From the IMG/VR virus record IMGVR_UViG_3300015370_000011, positions 57,017 to 121,016 of that record: a stretch of DNA of 64,000 bases, one strand, 5' to 3'. Made by a program: the position numbers and the translations under genes. The notes under the pieces were generated by a model. The model was not told the DNA's origin. It saw only the letters and a list, made by a program, of their open reading frames with translations, and did no database searches. Positions within the stretch are counted from its first letter, which is position 1. Every line of letters begins with the position of its first letter. Source of the stretch: a virus. Positions 39,724 through 48,171 of this stretch are shown here, piece by piece.

Positions 39724-40773
39724 ATGTCACTATCAAATATAACAGATGATCCCATGCTTTCTGAAGCCCAGGTATTCGCGGTATACCCCAATGAGCGAGT
39801 TATAGACATAAATTTGCTAGGAAAAGATCGACAATTACAGAGAGTTCTAGTTGTAAACACACCGAATAATTACTCTTTTCCACAAATCGGAGATATTGTA
39901 CTAGTTCTCATTCTTCAGAGTAGATATTATTGTATAGGGACGGTTGAGCACGGGTATCGAGCTAAAGTAGATGGAACGTATATAGATAAAAGTACGGGTA
40001 AGAATATCATTACAAAGAACGTTCAACCTGGAGAAGTGTTTCTAACTAATTTGGCTCGTAGACTATGGTTGTATTTGTCTAATAGTGGTAATTTTTCTTT
40101 AATGAGCGGTGATAATGATGGGCTCGCGTACTATATTAAGAATCGGTATCTTCGCCTAAAGGGACAGGTTACTCAAATTATAGGAAGTGGAACTACCGCT
40201 TCATTCGGGTACGTTTTTAGAAACTTAGGAAAAGGGTATCAACCGGTAGCAAGTAAGGATAACCCGAGTACTCCAGCGATAGAGGCGCTGATAGACATCG
40301 CGCAACAATCTCTCAGGGTAGTTCGATTTCAAATAGGAGAAATTAAAAACGCTTTAGGTATAGACGAATTAAGCACTTTTCCAGGTAATTTTCTAAAAGC
40401 AATTATAGAAGTATGTCAGGCTGGTATACCAATAGCAGGATTAAAGATGGATGATGGGGGAAACGTTGAATTATCCTCTCTTCTCGGCAAAACAATGATA
40501 GATGGGATACAGGTACAGCTAGGCGGGATATCTGCTGCCGAACCAGTTATAAAGGGGGAAACATATACTGCCTCAGAATCGGCATTTTTGGATTCTATGA
40601 CTATATTTGCGACTGCGATGACTGCTTTTTACACAGCTTTGGTACCAGCCCCCCCGCCTATTAGTGCGGCAGCCTCAACTATGTTACCCGCTGTAACAGC
40701 TTTTAACTTGGCGATTTCAGCGTTTAAAGCAGCGCTAATACCGTCGAAATCTTTGAAGGTAAAGACAACCTAA
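39724..40773 (+). CDS. Baseplate central spike (gp5/gpV-like)
   Basis: OB-fold-like N-terminus (FPQIGD.VLV), PGEV, C-terminal LG....EPVIKGE...S.KVKT. Confidence 0.7.
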   Translation: MSLSNITDDPMLSEAQVFAVYPNERVIDINLLGKDRQLQRVLVVNTPNNYSFPQIGDIVLVLILQSRYYCIGTVEHGYRAKVDGTYIDKSTGKNIITKNVQPGEVFLTNLARRLWLYLSNSGNFSLMSGDNDGLAYYIKNRYLRLKGQVTQIIGSGTTASFGYVFRNLGKGYQPVASKDNPSTPAIEALIDIAQQSLRVVRFQIGEIKNALGIDELSTFPGNFLKAIIEVCQAGIPIAGLKMDDGGNVELSSLLGKTMIDGIQVQLGGISAAEPVIKGETYTASESAFLDSMTIFATAMTAFYTALVPAPPPISAAASTMLPAVTAFNLAISAFKAALIPSKSLKVKTT

Positions 40774-41678
40774 TTGTCCAAACGATCTAGAAGGGACACA
40801 ACATATCTTTCGATCTTTGATTTAGAATCTATTCTACAACCGGCGGCGGAAGGATGACCACCACCACCTAGTTTCTTTGCTATATTAGATATATCTACAT
40901 CTTTTGATCTAAAGGAACACATACCTATGGTAGGATTTACGATCACGATGTATTTTAGATCTTCACAATCCGGGTGTACGAGAGCAGCGTGCCCAACTTC
41001 TGAGATATAATCCGTAGCGAACAATATTTTGTAAGTATTACCAAGATCGTCCATATGGTACGCGGCTTGTAGTAATTGATCTTCTATGACCTTTTTGACA
41101 TATTCTTCTTTATTTTTATTCAGGTATTGAATGATTAAACTATACGGTTTTTCGTTGTCCGCAGTTGGATTGGTAGAAAACGTTTCCACAAAATCGTGTG
41201 TACCAATGAACCTTAGCAGTGTATTTAGATTTTCTCCCCGGGTACGAAAATTTGACTGTAATTTCCAAAGATCCCAGGCGTTTATTGCCTCGACTAGCTC
41301 AAAATATAGATCCTTATCTGGGATATTTGGTTGTAGGTATTGTAAAACTAGGCGCGTTCCGCATGAAGTGCTTTCGTAGGTTGCCCATGAGTAATTCGAT
41401 ACCCAGGACTTGGTTTTGTGGTGATCCAGAAGGATTACTTTAATCTTATTTCTATGATATGTATCTAATTTTTCACACATTTCTTCAGAGGGTGTAATGT
41501 CTGTAATCAGTAAGGTGTCATTAGCTGCGTACTCATTGCTCTCTAAAAACGCATTTAGATTGTGATCAATAGATTCGTAATTATTATATATTACTGTAGA
41601 CAAATCCATTTTTGCAGCGTTGCATAGGATAACAGGACCGACGCCATCTAGATCATCGTGAGTAAAGATGTGAAACAT
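40770..41678 (-). CDS. DHH/DHHA1 phosphoesterase (NrnB-like oligoribonuclease family)
   Basis: THDDLDG, ITDI, LDHH, AWDLW, SFRS, GGGGHPSAAG; AGGAGG RBS before ATG 41678. Confidence 0.9.
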   Translation of the reverse strand: MFHIFTHDDLDGVGPVILCNAAKMDLSTVIYNNYESIDHNLNAFLESNEYAANDTLLITDITPSEEMCEKLDTYHRNKIKVILLDHHKTKSWVSNYSWATYESTSCGTRLVLQYLQPNIPDKDLYFELVEAINAWDLWKLQSNFRTRGENLNTLLRFIGTHDFVETFSTNPTADNEKPYSLIIQYLNKNKEEYVKKVIEDQLLQAAYHMDDLGNTYKILFATDYISEVGHAALVHPDCEDLKYIVIVNPTIGMCSFRSKDVDISNIAKKLGGGGHPSAAGCRIDSKSKIERYVVSLLDRLDN

Positions 41679-41762
41679 ACGCACCTCCTGGGTGTATTAT
41701 ACGATAGGCACGCACACCCGGAAGTTAAATTACCAATAAAGAAATAAGATAGGCTAAAACGA

Positions 41763-42239
41763 GTGACAACGGAAGTAAAAAATGTTGAGTGTTTATGCGC
41801 TTTTGTTCAAGCTCTTGGACAGGGTGTCGCTGCTACATTGTCAACGTTTATCGGGTCAGTGATCGGGTTATTGGAGCTTGCAAAGGTTGAAATTCTTTTG
41901 GTAAGTAATTTAGAAAATTTGGAGGATCTTGGTAGGAAGCTGGCGTCTGAACAGGCATTAGCGGTATTAGAACAGGGAGTTCAACCAGTCAGCGCTGTAT
42001 TTGCTATGATTAACGCCTATACAGCCCCGTTTGCGGATTGTGATCCAGTATCCTCTTTTGCTTCGGTATTAAAGGCAGCACAAGACGTTGTTCTTTCAGA
42101 GTTTGATGACCTAAGTTTTGAAATTCAGCAATGGGGCGCGGCGATAACTGATAGACAGAATGAGATAGAAAGACTAGATAGGCTTATCGACATTTTAACG
42201 CAGATACAATCAGCAATTGATGAATGCGGAGATGTATAA
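41763..42239 (+). CDS. Hypothetical helical protein in the baseplate module
   Basis: 158 aa, abuts the next gene. Confidence 0.5.
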   Translation: MTTEVKNVECLCAFVQALGQGVAATLSTFIGSVIGLLELAKVEILLVSNLENLEDLGRKLASEQALAVLEQGVQPVSAVFAMINAYTAPFADCDPVSSFASVLKAAQDVVLSEFDDLSFEIQQWGAAITDRQNEIERLDRLIDILTQIQSAIDECGDV

Positions 42240-42962
42240 GTGACGGTTACCTACCAAAGCGATTTTAAGATAAGTTTGGCGGATGAGGTTACCGGGAGGA
42301 TGACTCTTGCTTTGTCCCCAACTGGTGATATTCAGCTCGTAGAAGGCAAGGAGAAGCTTGCAGAGCAGTTATTATTCGCTATCGTCAACGACAACGTAAG
42401 TGTTTCTAATCTACTCAATGCACCAACAATATCGACAAGGGCACTAACAGCTCTAATGCAAGCAATACTTCGTGATTTTAAACAGAATCAGATAGAATAC
42501 ACGAATAAATCGGATCCAGAATTGAACGGGCACCTGATCTTTAGAAAGAAATCCGGTACAACGGCCAATTTTGAACGAGTTTCCAAGGAATATGTATCAT
42601 GGAGGTTTACGGATACGGATCTAGAAAACGGAATATTATACGATTACGGTGTTAGAAAGGTGTACAATGGTATATTTACTACAATGTTTGTTGATTCATT
42701 TACCATAGTACCGTCTAAGTTTCCAAGAAACCAAGTAATTACAATAGGAAGTGAATCTGTTGCATGGAGTGGGGATCAGACAGTCACATTTTATATAGAT
42801 TCAAATAGGTATTTCAAAAGGGCAGAACTGTTAGGGACGATTATTCGGATAAATTCTTATGGGGATCCTCGGGAACCCAGGAAACAGATTGTAGACATTT
42901 TAATTCAATCTTTGGATGATGCACATGTCAGTATAAATTCCAGAATAGGAAACGCTTTGTAA
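42240..42962 (+). CDS. gp25-like baseplate/sheath-initiator protein with FN3-like insertion
   Basis: GDIQLVEGKEKLAEQL N-terminus and DPR..IVDI C-terminus; central IFR......FTDTDLENGILYDYGVR. Confidence 0.6.
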   Translation: MTVTYQSDFKISLADEVTGRMTLALSPTGDIQLVEGKEKLAEQLLFAIVNDNVSVSNLLNAPTISTRALTALMQAILRDFKQNQIEYTNKSDPELNGHLIFRKKSGTTANFERVSKEYVSWRFTDTDLENGILYDYGVRKVYNGIFTTMFVDSFTIVPSKFPRNQVITIGSESVAWSGDQTVTFYIDSNRYFKRAELLGTIIRINSYGDPREPRKQIVDILIQSLDDAHVSINSRIGNAL

Positions 42963-44374
42963 TGGCTAAAAAATCAATAGAAACATTAGTTGGTGAGCAC
43001 AAAACGTTTTTGAGAGCGTATAATTATCGCTTGGATACGGGTGATAATAGTTTAGCGAAAGCTCTGATTCTATATCCGTATTCAGTAGCTGGTAAAGCGA
43101 TCCTAGGAGAGGTGGAAAAAGTAAGGAATCTGCATATATTATCCTATAATGAAGGACCAGAAATAGATGCTTTCGCGACCGATTATAAACGAGAAAGAAT
43201 AATCGGAAGATTTGCTACGGTTACTTTGACATTCTATTCTACCACCGTTCCAACTACAAACGTGGTAATACTAGCGGAGACGCAAGTACGCACATCCGGT
43301 ACTGCGTTCGCATCTCCTGTAACGTTCTCAACAGTGAGTGAGGCTACTTTTTCTATTGCTAATATAAATAGTTATTACTCTTATGATAGAGATCGGTATG
43401 AATTTTCAGTTATTGCTCTCTGTGATACGATTGGAACAGTAGGAAATGTAGGGGCGCTAACTATAAATCAGATATCCTCCCCCGTATCCGGTTTGAATGG
43501 GGTCGCTAATCTACTTGCTGCGGCCGGTGGAGAGGATGAAGAAAGTGATGAGGATCTTAAATCCAGAATAGAAGAGGCGAAAACAGGGCGAGATCTAAAC
43601 GTAGTAAAAGGATTAAGTGGGTTTGTCCGATCCGCCGGGTTTTTGGATGCTTATCCTGTACGAGTTGAAGATGCAGCCGCAGAAAGATCAACGGGTGTAG
43701 ATATTTTTGTAATTGATAATTCGCATGCTTCGGCTACGGATACTTTTGCGTATGATCCATCCAGAGAACGCTATTATTTTAATAATCGACCTGTGAGTGC
43801 AGTTGGTTCTGTCAGAGGATCAATTGCGGGGATCCTTAGTTCTTCTGATTATGATGTAAATATAGATAATGCTACTGAATATAGAAGAAGCACCCTGGGA
43901 ATGGACTACATTAGTTTTAGAGCAAGTGCGTCATTGGTATCTGGGGAAACTATTACGGTAACCTATACCTATTCAGAATCTATAAAACAGGTGCAGGATT
44001 CTTTCGATTTGAATGAAAATGATATTCTAACATCTGATATATTGATCAAACGCGCGTATCCTGTATATTTGAGGCTGAACGCTATATTAACTCTGACAGC
44101 CAATGCGGATGGTCCTGCAACTAGAAATAAGGCTAGAAACGCTTTGGTTCAATTGCTGAGTACATATCGTCTGGGAACGAATATACAAAAAAGTGACCTG
44201 ATAGTGGTTCTGCAAGAGGGCTATGGGGATTATCCGGTAGATACTGTGGATGCTGTGATAATAAATAGTTACTATTTAACTGATGAATTTGGTGATAGCT
44301 ATTTGCCGACAGACGAGGTAATTTCTGTCAGCGATAAACAATATGTCGTTTATGGTCGGGCGGTTATAGTCTAA
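42962..44374 (+). CDS. Baseplate J-like wedge protein
   Basis: G..GNVGA.TI, V.N..AA.GGEDEESDEDL..RI signature. Confidence 0.88.
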   Translation: MAKKSIETLVGEHKTFLRAYNYRLDTGDNSLAKALILYPYSVAGKAILGEVEKVRNLHILSYNEGPEIDAFATDYKRERIIGRFATVTLTFYSTTVPTTNVVILAETQVRTSGTAFASPVTFSTVSEATFSIANINSYYSYDRDRYEFSVIALCDTIGTVGNVGALTINQISSPVSGLNGVANLLAAAGGEDEESDEDLKSRIEEAKTGRDLNVVKGLSGFVRSAGFLDAYPVRVEDAAAERSTGVDIFVIDNSHASATDTFAYDPSRERYYFNNRPVSAVGSVRGSIAGILSSSDYDVNIDNATEYRRSTLGMDYISFRASASLVSGETITVTYTYSESIKQVQDSFDLNENDILTSDILIKRAYPVYLRLNAILTLTANADGPATRNKARNALVQLLSTYRLGTNIQKSDLIVVLQEGYGDYPVDTVDAVIINSYYLTDEFGDSYLPTDEVISVSDKQYVVYGRAVIV

Positions 44375-46695
44375 TGACTGCATATAATTCATCACAATCT
44401 GGGTTTTGGGACGAGGTAGCCACTTGGGGCGGCGGCGGATTTCCTGTAAGTGGTGATACTGCAACTATTTTAGGCACGCATACAGTCACAATACGTGGGA
44501 ATGTTACTGTTGGCACAAACGCTGGTATAACGGTTGATGCTATCATTATAAATGCTGGTGGAAAGCTGGCTTGGGATACTAACCCTACGAACGATTATAC
44601 ACTAAAATTGCGTGGACGTGTTTCAATTCTTTATGGTGGAGAGTGGCAGATAGGTACAGAAGCAAATCCAATCCTAGCTACACGTACTGTGACTATAGAT
44701 ATTGGAGAAACATACGAACACGCAGTCAGAGTACTCGGCACCTTGCGCGTTCATGGATCTCCGTCTTACCACATGGCTGATGCTACGAAACAGCGGACGC
44801 AACTGGCGGCCAATTCAGCAGCAGCTGCAACACAAATAATAGTACAAGATGCAGTTGATTGGGTTGCGGGAGACGTTTTGTGGCTTGCTACAGGTGGAGA
44901 TAAGTTACAGGCCCCCACTGGCAATGAAAAAGTTACCATTGCTTCGAAAGCTGATCCATACACATATAATGTGAGTGCATTAGTCTATAACCATTTTGGT
45001 GGATCTACCTACGGGGATATGGTTGTCCATGCATCTCGAAATGTTACATTTACTGGACAAGGAGCGACACAGGGTTTTTCGTTAACCTCAACGGGGGCAA
45101 CTGCTAATATACCAACTTTCGATCTTAACTGGTGTAAGTTTAAATATGGCGGTATGGTTGGCTCATTATATGTTATTTATGGATCCATAGTGACTGCTAC
45201 GATCAGATGGGGCCTTAGTAATGTAACAATTAGAAATATCGTGATTGAAGATCCTGGAAATGTTTCTACTTTAACTTCGGGAATAACGTTTTATTACGCA
45301 CCAATTGAACCAGATCCCGATTTCTCCCATTTGGATGAGATCCACGTATACGGATTTCCTATCTCAATCAATTTCAGTAGTCTTCGTGGGATAGCGCGTA
45401 TGGGGCATGTGTCGTCTATAAAAACGACAACAAATGGAATAGACCTAGGCGGCGATGGGCTGATGATTAAAAGTTTTTGGTTTACTGGACCCGTTCCTCT
45501 TGGAATAGCTTGTATGCCATTAAATATAAGCTCTTCTTGTACAATCCAAATAGACTCAATAAAGATCCACAATGCATATAAGGGGCTATCAGCCGCCGGT
45601 GGTAATGACGAATATGCATCACCAGCGCATTGGCACGTAAAGAACGGAGAAATATATCATGTGATTGGGGGCACTACATCATGGGGTATTTATATGACCG
45701 GGGTGTCATACCTACCTGTTCTTGAAGTAGACAATGTAGATTTTTATGATAATCAACGCGGGGCCATTGAAGTTGCGATGGCGCACCAAATCATATATCT
45801 AAGAAATAGTAAGATCAACGCATGTGGGTTTGGTTTGCGTTTTGCGAGTGGTGGAAGTATGCTACGGTTAAGTAATTGTGAGTTTGGGGTAGATGCGAGA
45901 AACACGACCTACAATATATGGCTAGAGGATGCTGCTTGGAATAATCAATCATGGCGGAAGATCTTTGAAAAATGTAAATTCAGAATTCCTACAGCGCTTC
46001 CTGCTGGTGGGTATGATTGGTTTACAGAACGACTTCGTTGGGCTATTTACCAGTCAGATATGACTGATTGGCGAGATGCCTGTGAAGTTCCGGCCAAAAG
46101 TACCTACGAATTTATAGATTGCCAGTTGCTTGATGCATCTAGTGTTGACCAGTGGTCAACTGTGTTCCCCAATACAAATATTTTAGGTATTGTGGGAGGT
46201 AGCTCGCAAATCCATAAAACACATCAAACTAACGAAGCCAGTGGGTATATTGATGGCACGTTCCAAAGAAAATTATTACCATTTATGGGTCTGACAAGAA
46301 CCCACATTACTGAAGCGTGTCCTATTCGGATTCCTGTTGCAAGCGGTCAAACAGTAACAGCCAAACTGTCATTCAAAAAGAACGTTTCGCAGATATCTTC
46401 AGATCTGCCAAAGTTGCACCTATTCGGATGTGGTATCAGCACTGAAGATACTATGCAAAATGTTCAAAATACTTGGGATGAATTAGTTGTTAGTGGGGTT
46501 GCACAAAACAATGGCGTGGTTGAATTGTGGGTAAGTTGCCACGGAATCCAAGATTATCAAGAATCAAATCCAGCGCGTACACCCACTACTGACATTAACT
46601 GGGCATACCCCATAGACCCTGGCGGCGTATCCGCGAGCACTGGGACATATAACTTAATTCTTTACTGTGATGGATTAGACATAACAATTGCTTAA
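44374..46695 (+). CDS. G8-domain/beta-helix tailspike-like protein
   Basis: SGFWDEVATWGGG.FPVSGDTATI..THTVT (G8-like), WVAGD.L.LAT, SRNVTF, then beta-helix-like repeats and a jelly-roll-like end. Confidence 0.65.
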   Translation: MTAYNSSQSGFWDEVATWGGGGFPVSGDTATILGTHTVTIRGNVTVGTNAGITVDAIIINAGGKLAWDTNPTNDYTLKLRGRVSILYGGEWQIGTEANPILATRTVTIDIGETYEHAVRVLGTLRVHGSPSYHMADATKQRTQLAANSAAAATQIIVQDAVDWVAGDVLWLATGGDKLQAPTGNEKVTIASKADPYTYNVSALVYNHFGGSTYGDMVVHASRNVTFTGQGATQGFSLTSTGATANIPTFDLNWCKFKYGGMVGSLYVIYGSIVTATIRWGLSNVTIRNIVIEDPGNVSTLTSGITFYYAPIEPDPDFSHLDEIHVYGFPISINFSSLRGIARMGHVSSIKTTTNGIDLGGDGLMIKSFWFTGPVPLGIACMPLNISSSCTIQIDSIKIHNAYKGLSAAGGNDEYASPAHWHVKNGEIYHVIGGTTSWGIYMTGVSYLPVLEVDNVDFYDNQRGAIEVAMAHQIIYLRNSKINACGFGLRFASGGSMLRLSNCEFGVDARNTTYNIWLEDAAWNNQSWRKIFEKCKFRIPTALPAGGYDWFTERLRWAIYQSDMTDWRDACEVPAKSTYEFIDCQLLDASSVDQWSTVFPNTNILGIVGGSSQIHKTHQTNEASGYIDGTFQRKLLPFMGLTRTHITEACPIRIPVASGQTVTAKLSFKKNVSQISSDLPKLHLFGCGISTEDTMQNVQNTWDELVVSGVAQNNGVVELWVSCHGIQDYQESNPARTPTTDINWAYPIDPGGVSASTGTYNLILYCDGLDITIA

Positions 46696-46713
46696 CTAGC
46701 TAAAGTTGAGACA

Positions 46714-46974
46714 ATGGCATTATTTGGAGACAATGGCGTATTTCCGATTTGGGTGTGGAATGCGGATGTGTATGGTGATGATGGGGTGTTTCCACTTGGT
46801 CCGGGGTTTGGGGGGGTATCCGATGAAGCAAAAGATTTTATTGCTGAAATACTTATCGGTGGTGTGCCCGTTTGGAGTGCCCTTAACCAGATTCCACAAC
46901 AAGAACTTTCTATAGATGTTTCAGGTTTTACTGGTATTTTAGATCTAGAATTTAGGATTAGAGGCTTGCCATGA
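46714..46974 (+). CDS. Small structural protein (partial jelly-roll strands)
   Basis: 86 aa; duplicated GD(N/D)GVFP; ends SIDVSGFTGILDLEFRIRG. Confidence 0.55.
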   Translation: MALFGDNGVFPIWVWNADVYGDDGVFPLGPGFGGVSDEAKDFIAEILIGGVPVWSALNQIPQQELSIDVSGFTGILDLEFRIRGLP

Positions 46975-47570
46975 GAATTATTTGGGTAGCTACGACAGGT
47001 AATGATATCTCGGGGGACGGAACGGAAGGACGCCCATATGCTTCAATAGACCGCGCCTTGTCAGATTTTACTAATGGAGATCAAATTCGTATTCTAGACG
47101 GTACGTATATACCTACGGATTCTGTAATTATTAGTGGTCTTGAGGGGTCTCTATTTTCTGAAAACCCATTAGCGGCATACATACAACCGGAAAAGACAAC
47201 AAAACATCAAGCGTGTGTTGCAATCATAGACTCGCCAAGATTTTCAGTTGTTGGAGTTAATATTCTACAAGCTGCGGACGCAAGCGGAAATCTAATCGGG
47301 CTATACGTAGAAAATGTAGAAAATTTCTTGGCGTATACTTGTAGTATCTCTGACTTTGAAATACCATCTGGTGCCGGGTATGGAATTTACGCTTCTGGGG
47401 ATGGTAGGATAGAAGGTTGTATAATAAAAAATATTTCCGGAGCGGGAGCGAGTATTCATGGGATACAGGGTGTTGGTATAGACGTGGTAGAGTGTGAGGT
47501 GACACATCTGTCGGGCGCTAGTGGATGTTTTGTGACGGGAATTGAGGAAAACGGATTAAAAACATGGTAG
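46971..47570 (+). CDS. DUF1565/pectin-lyase-like beta-helix, N-terminal part
   Basis: WVATTGND..GDGT..RPYASI..AL....GDQIRILDGTY. Confidence 0.75.
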   Translation: MRIIWVATTGNDISGDGTEGRPYASIDRALSDFTNGDQIRILDGTYIPTDSVIISGLEGSLFSENPLAAYIQPEKTTKHQACVAIIDSPRFSVVGVNILQAADASGNLIGLYVENVENFLAYTCSISDFEIPSGAGYGIYASGDGRIEGCIIKNISGAGASIHGIQGVGIDVVECEVTHLSGASGCFVTGIEENGLKTW

Positions 47571-48169
47571 TATCTTCCATAATATCGGGGACAGGTAAAG
47601 CTCCCAAAAATATAGGGGTACTGGCCAAGGTACTTTTATCCGCCCCGGACATTACAGTGCAAGCGTATGAATGGGATCTTCTGAGTGCGCCTGAAAATTC
47701 AAACGCAGTCTTGTCAGATCCAACAATATCTACTCCCACGATTATTTTAGATAAGATCGGAGTTTATCTTATCCGATTAATTGCGAATAGGTACGAACAA
47801 ACGATGAAGACGAGTACAATTGCATTGAACGTTCCAGGCGGTATAAGCCCAATGCCACCAGATCCGCTGTTTGCTACGGGCGGCAGGATAAGAAATTTCT
47901 CGTTTGAATTACCGGGCATTTTTCCTGGGTGGGCACATAACTGGATAACTAGAGATGATGCAAATGTTCTCAGTAACGGCGCGGGGATCACCAGGGGAAG
48001 AATTATACCTGCCAATTTTAATGTTAACAGTGGATACTACGCTATGTGTCTTGGGGATGACGACGCATTACCTCAATATTTCAGAGTCGGAGATATTTTT
48101 TCTATCTCGCAGGAAGTAGATTTTACAGATATGCATGTATTGAAATTTCAATTCAAATTCAGGAAATAA
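47564..48169 (+). CDS. PKD/Ig-like domain plus first half of a CBM-like jelly roll
   Basis: YEWDLLSAPENSNAVLSDP....PT...D..GVY.IRL; IRNFSFE...W; ISQEVDFT. Confidence 0.6.
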   Translation: MVVSSIISGTGKAPKNIGVLAKVLLSAPDITVQAYEWDLLSAPENSNAVLSDPTISTPTIILDKIGVYLIRLIANRYEQTMKTSTIALNVPGGISPMPPDPLFATGGRIRNFSFELPGIFPGWAHNWITRDDANVLSNGAGITRGRIIPANFNVNSGYYAMCLGDDDALPQYFRVGDIFSISQEVDFTDMHVLKFQFKFRK

Positions 48170-48171
48170 AG

